Origin: Phycisphaerae bacterium | GTDB lineage: Bacteria; Planctomycetota; Phycisphaerae; Phycisphaerales; UBA5793 | Assembly (NCBI GenBank): GCA_039794345.1 | Contig: JBDIVQ010000002.1 | Coordinates: forward strand, 6,558-70,557 | Direction: 5' to 3' | DNA length: 64,000 nt | In this document: positions 9,620-17,806 of the stretch, piece after piece | Position numbering within the stretch: the stretch's first letter is position 1 | How the letters are laid out: each line of letters opens with the position of its first letter | Program-made: the position numbers and the translations under genes | Notes under the pieces: generated by a model | The model's input: only the letters and a program-made list of their open reading frames with translations | Database searches by the model: none | Told to the model about the DNA's origin: nothing

Positions 9620-10786
9620 GTGTATGGCGGGCGAACGTACGGCTGCATTGCTGACCGGGGGGACAACGACATGCTAATCCATTATTCGCTCTCGATCGCA
9701 CTGACGCTCATGCAACCTCCTTCTCAGAATCAAGAACCTGTTCTCTCCAAGCTGACAGTTCAGCCGCTCAAGCAGATAGGCGACATCTGCGACGTTGCCG
9801 TCAAACGTGGAGGCTCTGAAGACGAGCCGATCGTCGTCGTGCTAGGCATGCTTGGCTTCACAACAGGTCAACTCGATCGTTTGCCAGCCATTCATTGCGA
9901 CGAACCGACCGCGTTTGCTGCCGCCATGAACGGGCGAATCGTCGAAGACAACGGACGACTCTGGTTCCTTCGAGGGCACGAACACTGGGCAACTGCGGCT
10001 GAGCTTTACGACGAGAGCGGACAACTCGTGTGGCGGGTCCCGCCTGATCCGAAATCCCCGGACTGGAAGGACGCGTCGGGTGTCGAGTTTGTGATACCGC
10101 TTCGGACTCCCGATGGCCTCGTCTTCGCGATCGGGTTCAACGGCACCGACACCATTGCGATGATCCTGCCGGGAAACGCCGAACCCCTTCGATACCGTTG
10201 GAAGCGCACAGGAAGTCAGGCCTTTGCGTGGGATATCGATGGCGACGGCGCCGATGAAATCGCTTACCCCACAGGCGAGGGCCTGGTCGTTCGTCGAGTT
10301 GACAGCACCGTCGTGACCACGATCGCACCGACGAAATCTGGATACCTCAATGATGTCTTCCCGACTCGCTTTCCTGGTCGAGACGGGGGCCCGGCCGTCT
10401 GCATCGGCTATTTCGACAAGAAGGCCGACCGGCAAAGATACGAGATATTCAGTCCCAAGGGAGAGCTGTTAGACTCGGTCGATCGTCCGGCGCCGTATCG
10501 ACCGGCGACGGAATTGGGTGTGAGCGGATACTACATTCGTACTGAGGAAATCGCCACGCAAGGCAATCAGGTCGTCGGTATCGAGACCAACCGCCTGCAT
10601 CTCTCGATGTATCACGACCGCGAACTGATCTCGTCAATATGGATCGATGCCGGTGGAAATGGTCGGACCCGTGTCTCCGGCGGCATGGCGCTATTTGAGC
10701 ATGATGGCGAACGGGGCGCCATCATCGGATTTGGTGCCAGGCTGTTCGTATACCGCATCGCCCTTCCGCCGCAGGCTGATCCGTGA
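9620..10786 (+). CDS. hypothetical protein with an FG-GAP/beta-propeller-like segment; candidate cognate immunity protein
   Basis: It lies directly downstream of the toxin tip in the same lower-GC patch. It contains WDIDGDGADEIAYPTGEGLVV (FG-GAP-like Ca-binding motif). Alternative start ATG 9671 (MLIHYSLSIALTLMQ). Confidence 0.5.
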   Translation: MYGGRTYGCIADRGDNDMLIHYSLSIALTLMQPPSQNQEPVLSKLTVQPLKQIGDICDVAVKRGGSEDEPIVVVLGMLGFTTGQLDRLPAIHCDEPTAFAAAMNGRIVEDNGRLWFLRGHEHWATAAELYDESGQLVWRVPPDPKSPDWKDASGVEFVIPLRTPDGLVFAIGFNGTDTIAMILPGNAEPLRYRWKRTGSQAFAWDIDGDGADEIAYPTGEGLVVRRVDSTVVTTIAPTKSGYLNDVFPTRFPGRDGGPAVCIGYFDKKADRQRYEIFSPKGELLDSVDRPAPYRPATELGVSGYYIRTEEIATQGNQVVGIETNRLHLSMYHDRELISSIWIDAGGNGRTRVSGGMALFEHDGERGAIIGFGARLFVYRIALPPQADP

Positions 10787-11139
10787 CCGGACTGAAGCGA
10801 TCCCATCTGCGGAAGGTCTCGGGCGTGTCGGGATTTACGGCACTGTTGAGCATGTCGGGCTCGGGCGGGTTGACATCCAGCGGTAGCGTCCGCCAAGTTG
10901 CGCACATCCGGGAAGGGTGACCTGCCCCCCCGTTTTATGTGCCAGATGTTGTGAGCGTCGGGATTGCGCGTTCTCTTGCCGTTGGGCGAAACGGGGGGCG
11001 GGGCGCAGCCCCGACGAGAGGCACGCCAAGCGTCGTGAAGCGGGAACGCCCCACCTCGCTCGTTCGCTGCTTCTTGCCCGTCGCCGCAGCCGTGCCGCCG
11101 CCAGCGTCCGTGCCGAGCGCCGCCTTCTCGCCCTCTCCG

Positions 11140-11181
11140 CGCGCAGTTCTCCCCATACTTTGCGTAGTTAACCAGTAGCGG
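11140..11181 (+). promoter_or_regulatory. copy 1 of a 42-bp bipartite conserved element (candidate element-specific promoter)
   Basis: cgcgcagttc-N7-acTTTGCGTAGTTAA-NN-agta-N-cgg. It matches 17070..17111 at 35 of 42 positions, and 4 of the 7 mismatches fall in the spacer between the two conserved blocks. It lies about 60 bp upstream of ORF 11243. Confidence 0.5.
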
Positions 11182-11242
11182 GCCGCGCGGCCTGCCGAGC
11201 CGAGCGTCTCGGACGCTGCCGCCCATTCTCCATCTTCGGAGC

Positions 11243-11488
11243 GTGCCGATGTACCTGCGCGAAGATGATCCCGATGAACTGACGGCAGGCGAGCGGCTCG
11301 ACGAGATTGGCGGCATTCTGGCCGGCGTCGTGCTCGCGATGCGTCGCCCCGGCGCCACAATGGCCACCGACAGCGAGGCCGCAGAATCCGCTGCGACATG
11401 CCTTGACCCTCGCCCATGCTCCGACACTCATCGTCCCACTGGTTTACGCGGCCGAGAGCCGCGGGAAGGAGATGACGCATGGGATTGA
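11243..11488 (+). CDS. small hypothetical protein at the head of the recombinase cassette
   Basis: MYLREDDPDELTAGERLDEIGGILAGVVLAMRR... has a plausible composition and overlaps the DUF2924 gene start by 10 nt. Confidence 0.4.
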   Translation: MPMYLREDDPDELTAGERLDEIGGILAGVVLAMRRPGATMATDSEAAESAATCLDPRPCSDTHRPTGLRGREPREGDDAWD

Positions 11489-12006
11489 ACGTGGGCAGAC
11501 TGCTCGCCGAACTGGACCGCATGACCGGCACGGAACTGCGCCGACGGTACGCCGAGGTCTTCGGCGAGGAATCGCGGTCGGGCAACCGGCAGTGGCTCAT
11601 CCGCCGAATCGCGTGGCGGATGCAGGCAATCGAGGAAGGCGACCTGCCCGAGCGGGCACGCCAACGGGCGATGGAGATCGCCAACGACGCTGACCTGCGG
11701 ATTCACGCGCCGCCACGCGGCGGCATCGCCGGCTCGATTGCCCCCGGCGCGGCGGGCCGCACCGTTACCGCTTCGGCACCCCCCGGAGGTGACGGCCTGC
11801 CGATGCCCGGCGCGTGGCTGACGCGGGAATACAAAGGCCGCTTGATCCGCGTCCGAGTGCTGCTGCGGGGCTTCGAGTACGAGGGCGAGACTTACCGCTC
11901 ACTTTCGGCGATCGCCAAAGTCGTCACCGGCGCCCACTGGAACGGCAACCTCTTCTTCGGCGTCGGGTCGGCGGCGAAGATGCGCAGCAAGGCGGTGCGG
12001 TCATGA
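11479..12006 (+). CDS. DUF2924-family protein (recombinase-associated)
   Basis: LAELDRMTGTELRRRYAEVFGEESRSGNRQWLIRRIAWRMQAIEEGDL...YRSLSAIAKVVTGAHWNGNLFFG matches the DUF2924 pattern. It has an ATGA overlap with the recombinase gene. Confidence 0.75.
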   Translation: MGLNVGRLLAELDRMTGTELRRRYAEVFGEESRSGNRQWLIRRIAWRMQAIEEGDLPERARQRAMEIANDADLRIHAPPRGGIAGSIAPGAAGRTVTASAPPGGDGLPMPGAWLTREYKGRLIRVRVLLRGFEYEGETYRSLSAIAKVVTGAHWNGNLFFGVGSAAKMRSKAVRS

Positions 12007-13565
12007 ACCAACGCGCCAAGTCCAAGCCGCTCAACCGCTGCGCCATCTACACCCGCAAGAGCAGTGAGGAAGGACTCGACCAGGAGTTCAATAGCCTCGA
12101 CGCCCAGCGCGAGTCGGGCGAACTGTATGTCAAGAGTCAGGCGTCCGAGGGCTGGACCTGCCTGCCCGACCGCTACGACGACGGCGGGTTCACCGGCGGC
12201 AACATGGAACGGCCGGCGCTCAAGCGGCTCATGAAGGACATTGAGGCAGGCCGCGTGGACACGGTGGTGGTCTACAAGGTCGATCGCCTCAGCCGCTCAC
12301 TGCTCGACTTCGCACGGATGATGCAGGTATTCGAACAGCAAAGCGTCGCGTTCGTGAGCGTCACACAGTCGTTCAATACCAGCGACTCGATGGGCCGGCT
12401 CATGCTCAACGTGCTGCTCTCGTTTGCCCAGTTCGAACGCGAGATCATCAGCGAGCGCACCCGCGACAAGATGGCCGCAGCCCGCCGCAAGGGCAAATGG
12501 GTGGGAGGACGGCCGATCCTCGGCTACGACATCGAGCCCAACGGCTTCCGACTCATGGTCAACAAGCAGGAGGCCCAGCGGGTCCGTGAGATCTTCGCCC
12601 TCTACCTCAAGCACGAGTCGCTCATCCCCACGGTGCGCGTGCTCAACGAACGCGGCTGGCTGACCAAGCAGTGGACATCGCGCAAGGGCAAGTCGCTCGG
12701 CGGCCGCCCATTCGAGAAGGGCAGCCTCTACGCGCTGCTCACCAATGTGGCCTACACCGGCAAGGTCAAGTTCAAGGACGACATCTACGAGGGCGAGCAC
12801 GAGGGCATCATCGATGCCGAGGTCTGGCAGAAGGCGCAGCACCTGCTCACGCGTAACGGCCGCACCGGCGGCTCGATCGTGCGCAACAAGTATGGGGCGA
12901 TTCTGAAGGGTCTGGTCCACTGCACCGCGTGTCAGCGCACCATGGGCCACACTTATTCGAGCACGAAGGGCCGCGTTGCCTACCGCTACTACGTGTGCAA
13001 CGGCGCGGCCAAGCGCGGCTGGGATTCCTGCCCGTCCAAGTCGATCCCTGCCGGCGAGATCGAGCGCATCGTCGTCGAGCAGGTGCGGGCGATCGGCAAA
13101 GACCCAAGGCTCGTCGAGGCCACGCTCAAGCAGATGCGACGGCAGAGCGACGAGTCCGCCCAGGAACTGCTCAAGGAGCGGACAACCGTGGAACGCCTAC
13201 TTCGGCGACATCACGCCGAGGTGGGCCAACTCGCGGCCGACGCGGCCAACCGCAACGGCGGCACGGCGGCGCGCCTCGGCGACCTGCACGAACGCATCCG
13301 CACGGGCGAGGAGCGCCTGGCCGAGATCAAGTCGCAGTTGGCCACTCTGGAATCCAGCCGGATCGACGAGATTGCAGTGGCGCAGGCGCTCGCCGAGTTT
13401 GACGGCGTGTGGGAGAACCTCGCGCCCAAGGAGCAGGCCCGCGTTCTGCACCTGCTCATCGAGCGCGTTGACTACGACGGCGCCAAGGGCAAGGTGGCGA
13501 TCACGTTTCGGCCCAGCGGCCTGCGAGCGCTGCCGGGTTCGACTGGACGAGGGGAGGCGGCATGA
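12003..13565 (+). CDS. large serine recombinase (integrase)
   Basis: N-terminal resolvase motif CAIYTRKSSEEGLDQEFNSLDAQRE (catalytic Ser). This is followed by a recombinase domain, a zinc ribbon (CTACQRTMGH...YYVCNGAAKRGWDSCPSKSI) and a C-terminal coiled coil. Start is ATG 12003, inside track ORF 11814..13565. Confidence 0.9.
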   Translation: MNQRAKSKPLNRCAIYTRKSSEEGLDQEFNSLDAQRESGELYVKSQASEGWTCLPDRYDDGGFTGGNMERPALKRLMKDIEAGRVDTVVVYKVDRLSRSLLDFARMMQVFEQQSVAFVSVTQSFNTSDSMGRLMLNVLLSFAQFEREIISERTRDKMAAARRKGKWVGGRPILGYDIEPNGFRLMVNKQEAQRVREIFALYLKHESLIPTVRVLNERGWLTKQWTSRKGKSLGGRPFEKGSLYALLTNVAYTGKVKFKDDIYEGEHEGIIDAEVWQKAQHLLTRNGRTGGSIVRNKYGAILKGLVHCTACQRTMGHTYSSTKGRVAYRYYVCNGAAKRGWDSCPSKSIPAGEIERIVVEQVRAIGKDPRLVEATLKQMRRQSDESAQELLKERTTVERLLRRHHAEVGQLAADAANRNGGTAARLGDLHERIRTGEERLAEIKSQLATLESSRIDEIAVAQALAEFDGVWENLAPKEQARVLHLLIERVDYDGAKGKVAITFRPSGLRALPGSTGRGEAA

Positions 13566-13972
13566 TGAGCGGTGGCTCGATGAAGGTCGAAATCGATGTG
13601 CAGTTTGATCGCGGGCGGCGTGGGCGCAAGCGGGCGACCACGGGAAGCCCACCGGATGTCCACCAGGCATCCACCGGCAGACTCCCTCGTGTGACCCGCT
13701 TGATGGCGCTGGCGATCCGCTTCGAGCGGCTGGTCCAGACCGGCGAAGTCGCCAGTTATGCCGAACTGGCCCGGCTCGGACGTGTCACCCGCGCCAGGCT
13801 GAGCCAGATCATGGCGTTTCTCCACCTGGCCCCTGACATTCAGGACGAGCTGCTGAATTTGCCGCCAGTCGCGAAGGGGCGGGATCCGATCACGGAGCGC
13901 GATGTTCGGCCCATTCTGGCAGAGGTGGTGTGGGAGCGGCAGCGGGGAATGTGGCGGGCCCACAGAGCCTGA
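13562..13972 (+). CDS. HTH DNA-binding protein of the recombinase cassette
   Basis: YAELARLGRVTRARLSQIMAFLHLAPDIQDELLNLP is an HTH motif seen next to such recombinases. ATGA overlap with the recombinase stop. Confidence 0.6.
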   Translation: MMSGGSMKVEIDVQFDRGRRGRKRATTGSPPDVHQASTGRLPRVTRLMALAIRFERLVQTGEVASYAELARLGRVTRARLSQIMAFLHLAPDIQDELLNLPPVAKGRDPITERDVRPILAEVVWERQRGMWRAHRA

Positions 13973-14057
13973 TGAAGTTCGACCAGAGACTCGGCAGCGG
14001 CGGCTCTCACTGGTATCCTTGCGTTGTCAGGACATCAGGATAGGAGTTCCCCGACCG

Positions 14058-16250
14058 ATGCAGGGATGCTTTGTGTTCGCGGCTCTTGAAGAGTGTCTCC
14101 ACTCCGGCAATGCCTTGGCAGAGTTGAAGTTCGTTGACACGATTGTCCGTCGCGCTGTGATCGCGGTGCACGATGAGCGAACAGCCACCTTCATCGAGCG
14201 GATGCTCAGCCGAGAATTCGGTGGTGTAGACCCCGAGATTCGCTTTGAGGCCAAGCTGGCAAACGATCTCGATGCCGAGGATTTGGAACTCCTGATTGAT
14301 CTCCCTGACCCGGCCAATCTCAGCGCAGGCTCGCACCCTGCGTGGCTGCGGCCAATCGCCGTCAGGGCGCACGAACTCCGAGACAAGGCGATAAACGCGG
14401 TGGAGTCGGCCCTTCGACCGATTGCCCCGCCCAGCGTTGTTCCGCCCGAGCCATCGCGCGGGTGGGTTGTTTGCAGCGATCCTGAGATGCACTTTGGAGA
14501 TACCCTGCGTGCGATTGAATCAAAGGGTGCCGTGGTTTTCGGCGAAGACGAACTGAGTTTCCTGCACAACCTTCTGGATCTGTACCAGCACACCCGGGGG
14601 AGCGAAGCACTGGCACTGAGCACCGTGCCGACAGCTTTGCTCACGACGACACAGGTCGTCCTTGCAAAACGTGATCTCTACCGGGCTGAAGTGCTGGCCA
14701 TGAACCTGGACGGTGGAGAATACACAACCAAGGATCCAACTTTCCTCGAAATCGCATGCTGCAATCGCATCCTCAGCGATCTTGCGGGGGAATTGAGCGC
14801 CCTCGGCCGTGCCGATGCTCGTAGCCCAGCCACAGTAGCAGCGAGCGTAATCGTGTCAGATCCGCTCGAGACGGCCATCGACTTCCTGGTTCATTGCATC
14901 AAACGGCATCGGCTCCTGTTTCTGTTCTCGGCAGAATGCGCCCGACGCAATCCGCTCGCAATACACAGCAAGACCGGTATCAGAGAGCGTGTGTGCAAGG
15001 AGGATGTGCTGGGATGGAAGCAGATGCTGGAGCATGTGGACTCCGAGGGTCAGTTCCTGTTCGATTACAGCTGGGCGATTGAGAACTTCGCGCAGGAGGC
15101 GATCGCCGCATTCGGCCCGGGAAAAGGGTCGCCGCCAACGACGGCTTCAAATGACGGATCGATTGTGGAGGTCGAGGGAGGTGGACTGCCGTATTGGGTA
15201 GTTGATGAATTCACGACGCATGAACTGGAGCGATCGAGTGACCTGATCTTCGATGCCTGCCGAGCCGTCACAGCGGCCGATTCGCGGAATCGGTTCGCCT
15301 CGCTTGTCGAAATGGCCATCGCGAGGGCTCACCCGGAGGGACACCCTCGCTGGTATAGCAGTGTGGTAGTGTGCTGGGAGTACCTGGAACTGCTTGATAC
15401 GCTGCTCGCGGCTGCGCAGCGGGCGTGCGTTGAGGTGCGCCGACCGCCCCAGCCAAACACCAGTGCCGGAGAATCCGCCACATCGCTCCATCCCAATCCC
15501 GAGATGGCTGAAGCAGAGCAGAAACTGGCGTCGCTCTACCTGCTGATGCTGTTAGCGCAGGCGTACTACAAGATACTCGAGTGCACCGTCTCGATGGCAG
15601 ACTGGTGTACCGCGCTCGATCTCGAACTCAACCAATCGTACCTTTGGGTCACAAAGAACCTCGCGAACCTGTTGAAGAACGACTCTGGCCTGAAGAAGGA
15701 CTTTCCCGAGCCGTTCGAGCCCTTGTTCCCCGACCTCTATCCGTCGACCATCCGCGATCATGAATGGGAGGACATGGTCGGGCCGGAGGCGGACCGGTTC
15801 CTGAGCACCGTGCAGCGTTACACGCTTGAACATGGAATCCGTGATCCAGACAAGGGATCAGCGGCGTGGGCATTCGTCGAGTGGTTTCGTCCGTCAATTG
15901 ACAACGCGATAAAGCAGGCCGAAGCCTACAACGCGCGGATGAAGCGTCACATGAAGGCAGCTCTCAAGCCATCAACGGAGGCAGCACCGGCGACGGGAGA
16001 TTCGCAAGCGACGGTCGGTGCACAACATGGGTGGCTGAAGGTGAGTCAGGTTGCGACGATCACTGGCTTGAATACCGGAGAGGTGAGCCGACTGTGCGAC
16101 CAGTGGGTCGATAGTGCTGGGCGGACGGGCTTAGCTAATAATGGAAAGACCAAGCGCGAGCGACGAATTGACCCATCTGCAATACCGGCGCTGGAATTGG
16201 AAATTCAGCGCACTCGGCAAGTCAAAATCGTGAAGAAGGCGAAGTACTGA
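14058..16250 (+). CDS. 730-aa hypothetical protein with no recognisable domain; possible C-terminal HTH
   Basis: ATG 14058 is preceded by aggataggag. GC is lower than in its neighbours. C-terminal GWLKVSQVATITGLNTGEVSRLCDQ looks HTH-like. A CGGGGC/GCCCCG hairpin follows the stop. Confidence 0.65.
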   Translation: MQGCFVFAALEECLHSGNALAELKFVDTIVRRAVIAVHDERTATFIERMLSREFGGVDPEIRFEAKLANDLDAEDLELLIDLPDPANLSAGSHPAWLRPIAVRAHELRDKAINAVESALRPIAPPSVVPPEPSRGWVVCSDPEMHFGDTLRAIESKGAVVFGEDELSFLHNLLDLYQHTRGSEALALSTVPTALLTTTQVVLAKRDLYRAEVLAMNLDGGEYTTKDPTFLEIACCNRILSDLAGELSALGRADARSPATVAASVIVSDPLETAIDFLVHCIKRHRLLFLFSAECARRNPLAIHSKTGIRERVCKEDVLGWKQMLEHVDSEGQFLFDYSWAIENFAQEAIAAFGPGKGSPPTTASNDGSIVEVEGGGLPYWVVDEFTTHELERSSDLIFDACRAVTAADSRNRFASLVEMAIARAHPEGHPRWYSSVVVCWEYLELLDTLLAAAQRACVEVRRPPQPNTSAGESATSLHPNPEMAEAEQKLASLYLLMLLAQAYYKILECTVSMADWCTALDLELNQSYLWVTKNLANLLKNDSGLKKDFPEPFEPLFPDLYPSTIRDHEWEDMVGPEADRFLSTVQRYTLEHGIRDPDKGSAAWAFVEWFRPSIDNAIKQAEAYNARMKRHMKAALKPSTEAAPATGDSQATVGAQHGWLKVSQVATITGLNTGEVSRLCDQWVDSAGRTGLANNGKTKRERRIDPSAIPALELEIQRTRQVKIVKKAKY

Positions 16251-16509
16251 AGCCGCACGGGGCTCGCTCGCCCCGATCAGGCATCGTGGCCGATCGCTGC
16301 GCGTCTGCTGCGCGAATGCTGCGCACGGCAGAAAGTTGTGTCGAGGGTTGCCTCGCAAGTGTTTATGATTGTGCGACTTGCGTTCAGTGTCTCTTTGCTG
16401 CGCATGCTGTTGAAATGTTGTAATTACGCGATGTTCTGTCGTCGTGCTTTCGCTTGCCCCAAACCGCGCATCGTGCGCGGCGATCCGTGCTGGATTTGGG
16501 GCGACAACC

Positions 16510-17067
16510 ATGCACTTCAACGGCCTCTTCGATTCCGCTACAACCGCGATCATCCTCGCTGCAGCCAGGTGGCTCTCCCGGCGACCCACGTTCACAGCGG
16601 CAGATGCTCCCGAACTCGCTCAGATCCTGGCGTGCCATCTCTGGCTGAAACGGGCACGGTTCGACCCACATCGCGGCGATTGGCCCACTTTCGCTCAGGT
16701 CGTCGTCGATCGGAGGGCCAAGTCCCTGCTTCGAGAGGCAAGGGCTGGGAAGCGACTGCCAAACCAACGTGTGCAATCTTTGCACCGCGAAGCGGCAGAT
16801 GAGAACGGTCGGCCGGTCGACCTGACTCAGAGCCTTCCTCACCCAACCAGCCGCGACGAAGTGAGACGTCGTGACCTGCAAATCGACATGCGCGAGTTGT
16901 CGCGGCTGGACCCGGCCGTCCGGCGCATGCTGGAGGAAGCCTGTCTCACCGGTCGGAAACCCACCCTGGCCCAGTTCAGACAGGCATCACGTCGCCTTGG
17001 CGACCGCGAGATTGCCCGTCTCCGCCAGCTCTTTGAGGACCAGGGACTTCGCGACTATCTCGCATGA
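16510..17067 (+). CDS. ECF-like sigma-70 family factor (divergent)
   Basis: Region-2-like ELAQILACHLWLKRARFDPHRGDWPTFAQVVVDRRAKSLLRE and region-4-like LSRLDPAVRRMLEEACLTGRKPTLAQF...IARLRQLFEDQGL. Start is ATG 16510. Confidence 0.5.
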   Translation: MHFNGLFDSATTAIILAAARWLSRRPTFTAADAPELAQILACHLWLKRARFDPHRGDWPTFAQVVVDRRAKSLLREARAGKRLPNQRVQSLHREAADENGRPVDLTQSLPHPTSRDEVRRRDLQIDMRELSRLDPAVRRMLEEACLTGRKPTLAQFRQASRRLGDREIARLRQLFEDQGLRDYLA

Positions 17068-17069
17068 GG

Positions 17070-17111
17070 CGCGCAGTTCGCCGCGCACTTTGCGTAGTTA
17101 AAGAGTAACGG
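17070..17111 (+). promoter_or_regulatory. copy 2 of the 42-bp bipartite conserved element
   Basis: Starts 3 nt after the sigma gene stop and ends 14 nt before the GGAGGA Shine-Dalgarno of ORF 17137. See copy 1. Confidence 0.5.
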
Positions 17112-17136
17112 CACAGTGATGCCCGGAGGACGCGCC

Positions 17137-17481
17137 ATGGCGGTCCAAGCGTATCGGTACACATTCAACGAGTCAGTCTCATTCTTCGATGTCCTCGCCC
17201 TTCTCGACGAGGCGATCGTCAACACTGAGAGCATCCACGGAACCGATCTGGTGCGTCTCGATGCCCGATTCGCCGAGGACTCCGCTCGCGGCGCTCTGGT
17301 GATCGACGCCACATCACCTGTGGGGCGGACGCTGAACCAGTTGCTCGTCGGCCTGGCTCGGCGCGAGTTCGGCGAGACGGGGTTTGCCGTGTCGCGGTGT
17401 CGGTCCGACATGCCTCGTCACCAAGGCAAACGATCAGGGCGGCGCAGACTGCCACGCCACCTGACCGCGCGGAAGGGATGA
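17137..17481 (+). CDS. hypothetical early protein
   Basis: ATG 17137 has GGAGGA 6 nt upstream. MAVQAYRYTFNESVSFFDVLALLDEAIVNTESIHGTDLVRLDARF... is protein-like. Confidence 0.5.
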   Translation: MAVQAYRYTFNESVSFFDVLALLDEAIVNTESIHGTDLVRLDARFAEDSARGALVIDATSPVGRTLNQLLVGLARREFGETGFAVSRCRSDMPRHQGKRSGRRRLPRHLTARKG

Positions 17482-17482
17482 G

Positions 17483-17806
17483 ATGACGCGAGGCCGCTCC
17501 GCCAAAGCGAGTCGCCGATCAGGACGGGGAGTGCCCAGCGAAGCTCTCGCGAGCATCCGCAGTGCGCCGGCCGTGCCGCGCGATGATGACCACGACGCCG
17601 ATCTGCCGGGCTGCCTCGTCGAGCAGGTGCAGTTCGAGTCCGACGAGTTCTGGCGCGAGTGGAAGCGGGTGCAGCGGGCATCGGGACATCTCGTGCCAGT
17701 CCTGCTGACTCGGCGCAGACGCTCGAAGTGGCTCATCGTGTTTGCCGCCGAAGATTTTTTCGCTCTGCTCGCGGCGATCCGAGCTGCGGAGGACAAGCCG
17801 CAGTGA
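17483..17806 (+). CDS. hypothetical early protein
   Basis: Abuts the previous gene and has a GTGA overlap with the primase gene. C-terminal FESDEFWREWKRVQRASGHLVPVLLTRRRRSKWLIVFAAEDFFALL. Confidence 0.45.
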   Translation: MTRGRSAKASRRSGRGVPSEALASIRSAPAVPRDDDHDADLPGCLVEQVQFESDEFWREWKRVQRASGHLVPVLLTRRRRSKWLIVFAAEDFFALLAAIRAAEDKPQ

